From Octopus sinensis (lineage: Eukaryota): a stretch of 64,000 nt of DNA. The stretch lies in contig NC_043001.1 in NCBI RefSeq assembly GCF_006345805.1, positions 107,198,001-107,262,000 of the forward strand, given 5' to 3'. The translations under genes were made by a program, and so were the position numbers. The notes below the pieces were generated by a model. It made no database searches, was not told the origin of the DNA, and worked only from the letters and a program-made list of their open reading frames with translations. Positions 52,112 to 64,000 of this stretch are shown one piece after another. Every line of letters starts with the position of its first letter. Position 1 is the first letter of the stretch.

Positions 52112-52115
52112 GATT
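51930..52115. repeat. (TAA)n abutting (TTA)n, forming an AT-rich quasi-palindrome
   Basis: Strand switch at ~52000. The (TTA)n part is the tail of a minus-strand S1 at 52120-52250. Confidence 0.9.
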
Positions 52116-53063
52116 ATGACATTCTTTTCTACTCTAGGCAGAAGGCCCGAAATTTTGGGTGAGGGGGCGGTCGATTAAACCGACTCCAGTATGCAACTAG
52201 TGCTTAATTTATTGACCCCGAAAGGATGAAAATTATTATTAGGCAGCTTGCCTAATAACAATAAGTTGAAATATTTCTTTATCATTCATAGACCTTGTTA
52301 TACAACCACTGAAAATATTGCCCTTCACACGTCCTATTACAGGTAATAGTGCAGCTTTTCATATCACTCGTGATTGTCTGCAATAAAAAGTAGCTATGGA
52401 TTGTATGGTGGTAGTACATAGCATTATGATTAAAAAGAAACCTGGTGAATAGCCTCAAATAATTTCAAGCATGAAGCTACTCGGTTAGGTAGTAACTTGT
52501 TTCTAAACAACAGAAATAATACACAGCTATAGAGCGTTTACGTTGTTCAACCTAGATCCGACAAATATACTTGAGGTCACGCACTACTGACTGAAATGCG
52601 TTGCACACTTTGGATAATGTAGGCCTAGATCTGTGGCTTGTGAGCAGTGTATTAAAGCGACATCTATCTTTTAGTTGTGACAGTCATTAGACAGCGGCCA
52701 TGTTAGGGCACCGCCTTCAAGAGTTTTTCGTCGAATGAATAGATCCTACTTCTTCCTAAGTAATAAAATAACCTGTATCTATTCTCCATAGCTAAATATT
52801 ATGAAGAGTCTATAAATAGTAAAACACTTGCCAAGCCAATGGTGGTAACCTCTACTTGGTCAAGGGATTTGCTAAAAGTAGCCACCAAATTTCCTTCAAA
52901 TCGCAACCTGTCGTCGTAAAAGAGAAGGCTTCATTGGAAAATGTAATCCTAGATAAATATCTGAATAATAAGCAATAAGTAGGGTAATAAAAATGACAAG
53001 CAAGAGATATTTGCAATATTACGAATTAGAGAAAATGTCGGCAACTTCGAATCTAAATACTTA

Positions 53064-53123
<60 letters not shown>

Positions 53124-53501
53124 CAATACCGTATCAATACCGGCAGATGACAACGTGTCTCTAAAAGAAATGGAGAAACTCACAAAATACAAAGACCTGG
53201 AAATAGAGGTAACTAGAATGTGGAACCTGAAAACAGAAACAATTCCTATCATAGTAGGTGCATTAGGCATGATAAAAAAATATTCAGACAAATACATAAC
53301 AAAAACACCAGGACTTACAAACACATATAACATACAGAAAATTGCACTACTAGGCACTGCACACATCCTACGCAGAACACTTTCCATACAATAACCATCA
53401 GAGCATCACAACAAATCACAGCACATACCCAAGGCACACAGAGCTGCGCTCGGTAGTGAAGTGAAAGCACGCTATAAAAATAAAAATAAAACTACTGAAT
53501 A

Positions 53502-53536
<35 letters not shown>

Positions 53537-53758
53537 AATAATAATAATGGTCTCAAATTTTGTCACAAGGGCAGCAATTTTGGGGCAGGGGATGAGTCGA
53601 TTACATCGGCTCCAGTGTTCAACTGGTCCTTATTTTATCGACCCTAAAAGGATGAAAGGCAACGTTGACCTGGGCAGAATTTGAACTCAGAACGTAGCGA
53701 CGGTCGAAATACTGCTAAGCATTTCGTCCAGCACGCTAACGATTCTGCAAGCTCGCGG

Positions 53759-53834
<76 letters not shown>

Positions 53835-54688
53835 TAATAAATACTGGACTAAACTAAACGCAAAAGAAATAGACAAAGAAAAATCCCAGCAATGGTTGAG
53901 AAGCTCAGGACTCAAAGCGGAAACAGAGGGATTTTTAATTGCAGCACAAGACCAAAGCCTCCCCACCAGAAATTACCAAAGACATGTAATGAAAAGAAAT
54001 ATTACAAGTAACTGCAGAATATGTGGAGATGGACAAGAAACAATAAATCATATTATCTCTAGCTGCCCAGTCCTGGCTAAGAAGGAATATATTCACAGAC
54101 ATGACAGAGTTGGAACTTACATACATTGGAAGCTATGCCAACATTATGGAATAACAACAGAAAAAAGATGGTATAGGCACACACCAGAAAAGGTCACAGA
54201 AAACGAGAAAGCAACCATACTCTGGGATATGCCGATACACACAGATAGAGAAATTAAGGCCAACAGACCAGATATAGTTGTCAGAGACCATGAAGAAAAA
54301 AAATGCTTTCTAATTGATGTATCAGTACCGGCAGATGACAACGTGTCTCTAAAAGAAATGGAGAAACTCTCAAAATACAAAGACCTGGAAATAGAGGTAA
54401 CTAGAATGTGGAATCTGAAAACAGAAACAATTCCTATCATAGTAGGTGCATTAGGCATGATAAAAAAATATTCAGACAATACATAACAAAAACACCAGGA
54501 CTTACAAACACATATAACATACAGAAAATTGCACTACTAGGCACTGCACACATCCTACGCAGAACACTTTCCATACAATAACCATCAGAGCATCACAACA
54601 AATCACATCACATACCCAAGGCACACAGAGCTGCGCTCGGTAGTGAAGTGAAAGCACGCTATAAAAATAAAAATAAAACTACTGAATA

Positions 54689-54723
<35 letters not shown>

Positions 54724-54945
54724 AATAATAATAATGGTCTCAAATTTTGTCACAAGGGCAGCAATTTTGGGGCAGGGGATGAGTCGATTACATCGGCTCC
54801 AGTGTTCAACTGGTCCTTATTTTATCGACCCTAAAAGGATGAAAGGCAAAGTTGACCTGGGCAGAATTTGAACTCAGAACGTAGCGACGGTCGAAATACT
54901 GCTAAGCATTTCGTCCAGCACGCTAACGATTCTGCAAGCTCGCGG

Positions 54946-55035
<90 letters not shown>

Positions 55036-55876
55036 CTGGACTAAACTAAACGCAAAAGAAATAGACAAAGAAAAATCCCAGCAATGGTTGAGAAGCTCAG
55101 GACTCAAAGCGGAAACAGAGGGATTTTTAATTGCAGCACAAGACCAAAGCCTCCCCACCAGAAATTACCAAAGACATGTAATGAAAAGAAATATTACAAG
55201 TAACTGCAGAATATGTGGAGATGGACAAGAAACAATAAATCATATTATCTCTAGCTGCCCAGTCCTGGCTAAGAAGGAATATATTCACAGACATGACAGA
55301 GTTGGAACTTACATACATTGGAAGCTATGCCAACATTATGGAATAACAACAGAAAAAAGATGGTATAGGCACACACCAGAAAAGGTCACAGAAAACGAGA
55401 AGCAACCATACTCTGGGATATGCCGATACACACAGATAGAGAAATTAAGGCCAACAGACCAGATATAGTTGTCAGAGACCATGAAGAAAAAAAATGCTTT
55501 CTAATTGATGTATCAGTACCGGCAGATGACAACGTGTCTCTAAAAGAAATGGAGAAACTCTCAAAATACAAGACCTGGAAATAGAGGTAACTAGAATGTG
55601 GAATCTGAAAACAGAAACAATTCCTATCATAGTAGGTGCATTAGCATGATAAAAAAATATTCAGACAAATACATAACAAAAACACCAGGACTTACAAACA
55701 CATATAACATACAGAAAATTGCACTACTAGGCACTGCACACATCCTACGCAGAACACTTTCCATACAATAACCATCAGAGCATCACAACAAATCACATCA
55801 CATACCCAAGGCACACAGAGCTGCGCTCGGTAGTGAAGTGAAAGCACGCTATAAAAATAAAAATAAAACTACTGAA
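53124..55876 (+). mobile_element. Dong family E array: E1 (53124-53500), S1(-), E2 (53841-54686), S1(-), E3 (55033-55876)
   Basis: RLE ORF pieces RPDIV..DVSVPADD..KY with identical 3'UTRs. E2 and E3 share the 5' breakpoint and the upstream SINE. Period is ~1.19 kb. Confidence 0.92.
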
Positions 55877-55904
55877 TAATAATAATAATAATAATGATAA
55901 TAAT

Positions 55905-56398
55905 ACAAAGCCAATAAACCGGATATTGTTGTGAAAGACCAAAACAATAAAGTTTGCTTATTGATCGTCATGAGTATCCCCTGTGATCATAATACCTCGG
56001 CAAAAGAGTTTGACAAGCTCAGAAAATATAAAGACCTGCTCATTGAAATTGAGAAAATGTGGCATATCAAGGCGGTTACAGTACCAGTGATCGTAGGAGC
56101 ACTAGGAATGATCAAGAAGGGAACCGAAAATTACATGAGAATGATCCCTGGCTTACCGTCCCTGCAAGAAGTGCAAAAGATTGTCTTAACTGGTACATCA
56201 CACGTATTGAGAAGATCATTGTCGATGTTAGAACTATTACTACCCATGTATTTTAATTTAACTTAAAAACAAAAATGAACGAACTAGTGAGTTTAGTTTA
56301 ATGGCCTACCAATGTATACTAGGAGTTTCTTTGCCCTAGGAGTCGGGAAGTCACTCGGCAAGAAATGGAAGCAAATTTGATAGAAGAGGAAAAAAAAG

Positions 56399-56400
<2 letters not shown>
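55905..56400 (+). mobile_element. Second Dong family D copy, short
   Basis: KDQNNKVCLLI.MSIPCD..TGTSHVLRR and a 3'UTR matching 51757-51930. Confidence 0.92.
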
Positions 56401-56449
<49 letters not shown>

Positions 56450-56464
56450 TAATAATAATAATAA

Positions 56465-56640
56465 ATGCCCTGATGCAGTACCAGGCAGTGGCTCTCGTGG
56501 CTTCTGATTTCAACTGATTGGAAGTGGTACGCACATGTTTTATCTTGGCATAAATGATGGGCTTCAGTAAAATATCTACTCAATACCACAGATTTGCTTG
56601 TCAGTTGCTTGACCATAACCAGTTGGTCATGTCCCTTATA
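56465..56640 (+). mobile_element. Element X, copy 3 (5' part, diverged)
   Basis: Same start, ATGCCCTGATGCAGTACCAGG, after (TAA)n. Confidence 0.75.
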
Positions 56641-56823
56641 AGCGAAGACGTCAGTGTATTGTAGTGCTGGATTACAGAGCTGATTTTTTATCTTTTAACT
56701 TGTCTTAGTCATTGGACTGAGGCCCGAGAGCATATATTATTCTATCGGTCTCTTTTGCTGAACCGTTAAGTTAGAAGAATGCAAAAGACCACACTTGTTA
56801 TCAAGCAGCGGAGGAGGATAAAC

Positions 56824-56857
<34 letters not shown>

Positions 56858-57509
56858 CACACACACACACACACAGACACACACAGACACACACACACAC
56901 ACGCACGCACGCACACACAGATGTATACTTATACTTTCAGTTTCCGTCTACTAAATCTACTCACAAGGCTTTAGGCGGCCGGAAGCTGTATTAGAAGACA
57001 CTTGCACAAGGTGCCATGCCATGGTCCCGAACTCAGAACCATGGGGTTGTGGAAGCAAGCTTCTTACCACACAACCACGCCAGCTAGATTTACACTGAAG
57101 GACAATGGTTTGTCAAAACGGCTTTACTTTTATTTCCTACCAACGCACAGTGAGGCGGCAGATAAGTCAGCCATGAAATTGATAGGTGCAGGGCAAGGAT
57201 GGATGGCGTGAGAGCATAATGCAGCATAAAATGATGATGATGATGGTGATAATGATACTGTAAGTATCGTTACTATAACTGTTTGTTCCGCCCAACAAAC
57301 TCTGCCGTCGATATTTACATTGAAGCAAGCACATACACGTAGTGCTTCGTATCGATCTCGGCCAATCATTTATTTACAATTGACTCTAGATTATGAGATA
57401 CCTATTGGTAGCAATTAGGATACGCATTGCTAGCAGCACCCATCTCTTTATTTCGATGAATACTGTTATCTTGCTGCTGCTGCTGACATCATTGTCTTCG
57501 TTTTCCTTC

Positions 57510-57630
57510 ATTCTTCTTCTTCTTCTTTTTCTTCTTTTTCTTTTTCTTCTTCTTCTTCTTCTTCTTCTTCTTCTTCTTCTCCTCCTCCTCCTCCTCCTCC
57601 TCCTCCTCCTTCCCCTTCTCCCCTTCTTCC
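57510..57630. repeat. Polypyrimidine (CTT)n/(CTC)n tract
   Basis: Direct reading. Confidence 0.95.
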
Positions 57631-57924
57631 TCCATTTTCATCTTCTTGCTTATCTTACAGTTTTCTTTCCCTCCGTGCATTCTGGTCCATTTTTTTTACC
57701 CGGTTCCCGTAGCATTTAAGCTCTCCTGTCCCGACAGCACGCCAGTCCGTTGCAAGGATAACCCCACTCTTTCCGTCATCCTCGCTGTTGCTCGTGCTTT
57801 ATTTTCTGCTAAACGAACCAAAACGGAATGATATACATTGTCAAGGACACAACTCCTTGCCCTGCTTGAGAGTCGATCCTTTTGCGCAATTTAAGAGGGA
57901 ATAACAACCACGACAACCGATATA

Positions 57925-58410
57925 ATTGTTTCAGATTTTTTTGGCACAAGGGCAGGAACTTAAGGAGAAAGCGTAGGTCGATTGCATTGACTCCATCGTT
58001 CAACTGGTACTTATTTCATCGACCCTAGATGGATGGAAGGCAAGTTTGACCTCGGTAGTATTTGAACTGCGAACAAAGTGTCGGAAGAAGTGCTGCAAAG
58101 AATTTTGTCCGGCGTTCTGATAATTCTGCTAAAATAATGATTTCAAATTCTGGTTACAAAGCCACCCAGGCCCCAACTGGTACTTCTTTTATCTGTTTCT
58201 TTATTACCCACAAGGGGCTAAACATAGAGGGGGCGAACAAGGATAGACAAACGGATTAAGTCGGTTACATCGACCCCAGTGCGTAACTGGTACTTCTTTT
58301 ATCGACCTCGAATGGATGAAAAGCAAAGTTAACTACAGCAGCATTTGAGTTTAAAATATAAATGGCCGAACGAAATGTTGCCAAATGCTTCGTTTGATAT
58401 ACAAACAATT
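57925..58410 (-). mobile_element. Two diverged SINE S1 copies
   Basis: S1 body motifs. Further diverged minus-strand copies lie at 30308-30465, 60915-61030, 63165-63340 and 63380-63575. Confidence 0.75.
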
Positions 58411-58633
58411 TTGCTAAGTCACCGCCTTCCCGAACCCAAAGATAGCAACAACCATGACGACGGTGATGATGTCATCGAAGGACGACCAGAAGAATAAGAA
58501 CAACAATAGTCACGACGACAATGTCAACAAAAAACATTAACAATAAACACAGGAACGACAAAGACGTAGCTAACGACGCACAAGAAGAGAATGAAACGTG
58601 GTGATCATAAAAACTGCAATAACATCAACAACA

Positions 58634-58990
58634 GTGGAGGCGCAATGGCCCAGTGGTTAGGGCAGCGGACTCGCGGTCGGAGGATCGAGGTTTCGATTCC
58701 CAGTCCGGGCGTTGTTTGTGTTTATTGAGCGAAAACACCAAAACATCCACGAGGCTCCGACAGGGGGTGGTGGCGACCCCTGTTGTATTATTTCGCCCCA
58801 ACTTTCTCTCACTCTTTCATCCTGTTTCTTGTCCCCGACTTCCTAAGCAACCGCTGAGCCTGGATGCGCATTCATCCATCCGTCGATGCTCTCGGTGTCA
58901 GGGGTTGACCTGCTTTCTCTTCTGCGGGTCTTACGAATAGCAAAGAACCTCGTTTCGGACTTCTTCCAGGGGACGAAGACCGCTTCGCTC
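58634..58990 (+). mobile_element. tRNA-derived SINE S3, tail type 1
   Basis: GGAGGCGCAATGGCCCAGTGGTTAGGGCAGCGGACTCGC head and GGTTTCGATTCC B box. Confidence 0.82.
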
Positions 58991-59366
58991 AGCAAACAAG
59001 CAAACATCAACAACAATAGCACTAGGATATTGACGAATATAACAACAAAGACCACAACAACAACAACAGCCATAACATCAACAACTTTCTATTAGTATTG
59101 ATGTCTCTAAGCAACATCAATCGCCACAATTATATCTATAAGAAAGTTATATAACTAATAACTAATATGGAATATTAATATTTTGTTTAACTTTTTACTT
59201 AATATTAATCTAATCCACTTGAGTGGTAATCTGTTAAACCACCCCTATTAAGGCATGTTATTATTTTCATTGTAACTAAATTAATCATAATTTCACACTA
59301 CACCCAGCAACGGTACCTGTCATGGGTGGAGCACTTAATAAAAAGTTTCTGCGTCATGCTTTATAC

Positions 59367-59675
59367 ATCATCACCATCACGTGGCCGACCAGACCATCAA
59401 ATGTTGTTATACATCGCTGGTCACAATGCGTTCGCATTGTTTTAGCCTTCGAATGACGCCACCCCGCTGGCTAAGCGAGCAGGCCAACAGAAGAAAGAGG
59501 GGGAGAAAGAGTGGTGAAAGAGTACAGCAGGGATCACCACCACCCCCTGCCGGAGCATCGTGGAGCTTTTAGGTGTTTTCGCTCAATAAACACTCACAAC
59601 GCCCGGTCTGGGAATCGAAACCGTGATCCTGCGACCGCGAGTCCGCTGCCCTAACCACTAGGCCATTGCGCCTCC
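59367..59675 (-). mobile_element. SINE S3, tail type 2
   Basis: Same head. The tail ends GGTCGGCCACGTGATGGTGATGAT. Confidence 0.82.
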
Positions 59676-59972
59676 GCTTTATACATGTATGAGTCAAAAG
59701 CCCGCCCGCCAGTCGTCTGTTTGGTTGTCTGTCTGCTTCTCTGTTTGCAGATTTAACATTGATTAAAAAAAAGACAAGAAAAACTTAACAACCTTCGCTT
59801 TAATCGATTACAACGTGGGTTCTGGCACTGCATTAGAAATAAAGTTTATATTCGCTACACCACATTACCCTAAGTAACTCTGGTACATTTTGTAGGGTAC
59901 ACGATTTGTATACATGAAACCCCTATTTCATTATGCATGTATGTCTATATATATGACATACATGTAAGAAAA

Positions 59973-60365
59973 GGCGGCGAGCTGGCAGAGACGTTAGCAC
60001 GCCGGGCGAAATGCGTAGTCGTATTTCGTCTGCCGTTATGTTCTGGGTTCAAATTCCGCCGAGGTCGACTTTGCCTTTTATCCTTTCGGGGTCGATTAAA
60101 TAAGTACCAGTTACGCACTGGGGTCCATGTAATCGACTTAATCTGTTTGTCTGTCCTTGTTTGTCCTCTCTGTATTTAGCCCCTTGTGGGTAGTAAAGAA
60201 ATAAGTATTTCGTTTGTCTTCACGTTCTGAGGTCAAATTCCGCCGAGGTCGGCTTTGCCTTTTTTCCTCTGGGATCGATAAGTTAAATACCAGTTGCGTC
60301 CTGGGGTAGATCTAATCGAGTAGCCTCCTCTCCCCAAATTTGGGGTCTTGTGCTTTGAAGAGAAA
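59973..60365 (+). mobile_element. SINE S1 dimer
   Basis: Full head plus a repeated B-box unit. Confidence 0.88.
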
Positions 60366-60528
60366 AGGGCATATATATAATAATATTTTATAAGCTTATA
60401 ACTACAGAAATTATTCTAATATTGGGGGACATAAGCTCTCGATGGAAACATGTAGGCTTTCCAATATTAGACTATTTTCTGTAATCATTATACAGTGACC
60501 ACGTATAAGCTCTAGGCTTATGAAATAT

Positions 60529-60565
<37 letters not shown>

Positions 60566-60582
60566 TACACACACACACACAT

Positions 60583-60663
<81 letters not shown>

Positions 60664-61153
60664 TATATATATCACGTGAGTTCACTTCCAGAGAAGTTTG
60701 TTAAAAGATCCCGAACGAAGCTACACAGAATATTATAGCCAATTGCATATGCAACTGCTCATATTCTGTGCAGTGGAAACACGTGTAAAAATAAGGTGTA
60801 TGACATAGTGAAATAAAAAGAAGTGAATTTTGAGGATCTACCTGTATGTTTTATACCGTTATAATTATTACTTGCAGTAATACATTTTTAAAGAGGTTAT
60901 GCGCCTTAAATTTCACTTGTACTTAATTTATCAACCCCGAAAAGGATGAAATTTGAACTCAGAACGTAGCGACGGACGAAATACTTAGCGGTATTTCGCC
61001 CGGTGTGCTAACGATTCTGCCTACTCGTAGACTTATGTTCAGTTATAATAATAAAAGCAATTTAGCACAAATCTGAAGGGTTATTCTATACATTTATCCG
61101 ACGATGACTTCGAAGTCACTATAAATAATATTCTTGTTTAAGAATAATATATG

Positions 61154-61235
<82 letters not shown>

Positions 61236-61284
61236 AGTGTACGTATATATGTGAATATGTATATATATCGATATATATATAAAA

Positions 61285-61620
61285 CGTGGCACTCCATCGG
61301 TTACGACGATGAGAATTCCAATCGATCTTTTCAACGGAACAGCCACCTGTGAAATTAACGTGCAAGTGGCTGAGCACTCCACAGACACGTGTACCCTTAA
61401 CGTAGTTCTCAGGAAGATTTAGCTTGACACAGAGTGTGATAGAAACAGGAAGAAAGAGTGAGAGAAAGTTGTGGTGAAAGAGTACAGAAGAGTTCGCAAC
61501 CACCCCATACCCCGTAGAGCTTTAGGTGTTTCACTCAATAGACACTCACAACGCCCGGTCTGGGAATCGAAACCGCGATCCTATGACAGCGAGCCGCTGC
61601 CCTAACCACTGACCATTGCC
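61285..61620 (-). mobile_element. SINE S3 head joined to the S4-type tail
   Basis: S3 head, then CTACGTTAAGGGTACACGTGTCTGTGGAGTG..CGTCGTAACCGATGGAGTGCC as in 29907-30212. Confidence 0.82.
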
Positions 61621-61639
61621 CCCACACACACACATACAC

Positions 61640-61709
<70 letters not shown>

Positions 61710-62168
61710 AATGTATATATGTATGTATATATATATAATAATTATATATATTCTTTTATTTTTTCTTTTTTCTTTTACTTGTTTCAGTCATTTGACTGCA
61801 GCCATGCTGGAGCGCCGCCTTTAGTCGAGCAAATCGACCCCGGGACTTATTCTTTGTAAGCCCAGTACTTATTCTATCGGTTTCTTTTGCTGAACCGCTA
61901 GGTGACGGGGACGTAAACACGCCAGCATCGGTTGTCAAGCGATGGTGGGGAGGCCAAACACAGACACACAAACATATACACACACACTTATATATATATG
62001 CATATATACGACAGGCTTCTTTCAGTTTCCGTCTACCAAATCCACTCACAAGGCATTGGTCGGCCCGGAGCTATAGCAGAAGACACTTGCCCAAGATGCC
62101 ACGCAGTGGACTGAACCCGAACCATGTGGTTGGTTAGCAAGCTACTTACCACACAGCCACTCCTGCGC

Positions 62169-62210
<42 letters not shown>

Positions 62211-62217
62211 ATATATA

Positions 62218-62288
<71 letters not shown>

Positions 62289-62710
62289 TATATATAATAT
62301 ACATATATTTTTACTTTTACTTTTACTTGTTTCAGTCATGTGACTGTGGCCAAGCTGGAGCACCGACGTATTCTTTGTAAGCCTAGTACTTATTCTATCA
62401 ATTCTGTTTTGCCGAACGGCTAATTTACGGGGACGTAAACACACCAGCATCGGTTGTCAAGCGATGTTGGGGCGGACAATCGCAGACACACAAACATATA
62501 CACACACATACATATATATATATATATGTACACATATACGACGGGCTTCTTTCAGTTTCCGTCTACCAAATCCACTCACAAGGCTTTGGTCGGCCCGAAG
62601 CTATAGTAGAAGACACATGCCAAAGGTGCCACGCAGTAGGACTGAACCCGGAACCATGTGGTTGGTAAACAAGCTACTACCACACAGCCACTCCTACGCC
62701 TATATATATA

Positions 62711-62755
<45 letters not shown>

Positions 62756-63930
62756 ATATTATATATATATATAATATATATATATAATATATATATACTA
62801 TATATATATATAATACAATATATATATATATATATATATATACACAAATATATATTATATATACACACATAAATACATATACATACATCCATGCATACAT
62901 ATATACATGTATATATACATACATACACACCCACACATACACGCATTTATTAGAAATCGAAGCGAAATATTCATAAAATCACGCAATGCTGTATAAATGG
63001 ATTAAATGAGTTCTTTGTCCAACAGAATAATGATAAATAAATAAATAGAAACGAGCTCAACATAAATGAAAGTAATCATAAACTGTCTCAAAGAAATTGG
63101 TAATTAAGGCTGAGACGTAATTAGGGATCACGTTGGAGTAAATGATAATTAATGTTTAGTATGGATTAGTCGATACGATTGACCCCACTACAAGGCGCTA
63201 AGTTATTTTATTGATCCCGAAACAATGAAAGGTAAAAGTAGACTTTGTCTGGATTTGAACTGAGGAGCTTAAAAATCGGGGCTGGAGGGGAGGATACCAC
63301 GAGGTATTTTTCTGCCGCTTTAACGATTCTGCTAATCCACTGTCCTCAATGATAATAAAAATAATATATTCTACTACATGTACAAGGTGTGAAATTTAAT
63401 AAAAGGTGGCCCAGTCGAATACACCGCATAGATTCCAACCGCTACGTACTCCGGCGACCCCGAATGTATGAAAATCAACGTCGGTCTTGGAGGAATTTGA
63501 AATGGTAACGTAAATACGGACGAAATGCCGCTAAGCATTTTGCCCGGCGTGCTAACGATTCTGACAGCTCATCTCCTTGTATATTACTAGCAGTAATACC
63601 CATCGTTGATCGGGTAATTACTTTTACTGTTTCTCGGGATTCCCATTTAACATATTATTATATATATAATTTACTTCTCCTGTACGTGTGTATTTTTATA
63701 AGAGAAAAAATATGTAATAATTGAAGTAGAAAAAAAAGATTACTTTCATGCATGAACATTCTGTATGTGTGTATTTTATAAGAGAAAAACGTAATAGTTG
63801 AAAAAAAAAAAAAAAGGTCGATTTCATTCTTGAATGTAATGATAGTAACGGCAAATTAAGCTAATGAAATATTCATGTTGCATTAAGAGTGAATATTTCT
63901 TTTTAAACAATGTCTTTTGTTTTATTTCAG

Positions 63931-64000
63931 GGTAGATTTGTTTTTGCTCTCCCACATGTGATGCTCCGACATAAAGTTAGCCATGTGAAAAGTATGGTTC
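63931..64000 (+). other. Candidate exon start after a strong 3' splice site
   Basis: GTCTTTTGTTTTATTTCAG|G. One of the three frames stays open to the window end (GRFVFALPHVMLRHKVSHVKSMV). Confidence 0.35.

Noticed and set aside
43630-56650. Repeat-spacer alternation superficially like a CRISPR array
   Set aside because: The repeats are variable-length trinucleotide tracts and the spacers are kb-scale retrotransposon pieces. There are no cas genes and the context is eukaryotic.

Overview
AT-rich animal DNA with no prokaryotic features, rRNA, true tRNA or CRISPR. The tRNA-derived SINEs resemble, from memory, the octopus OK/OR families, so a coleoid cephalopod is likely (inference). The window is almost entirely transposon relics and microsatellites, and no complete host gene is supportable. 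Two lone + strand splice-flanked segments (39893-40020 and 63931 onward) suggest it may be intronic. The strongest signal is a ~13 kb stack (43.6-56.7 kb) of R4/Dong-clade RLE retrotransposons from at least 5 families, all on the + strand and each bounded by (TAA)n. Interleaved with them is a ~520 bp non-coding element (called X here) that has the same flanks and a 3' hairpin like that of the Dong 3'UTRs, making it a candidate Dong-mobilised non-autonomous element. Other notable items: Penelope-type units carrying minimal hammerhead ribozymes, a SINE/LINE pair sharing a covarying 3' hairpin, modular SINEs, a mariner derivative built from two 5' ends, a 5'-inverted RTE, an RLE element embedded in (ATAC)n, and several long palindromes. 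All alignments and RNA folds were done by eye. Family labels A-E, S1-S4 and X are my own, and boundaries are approximate.
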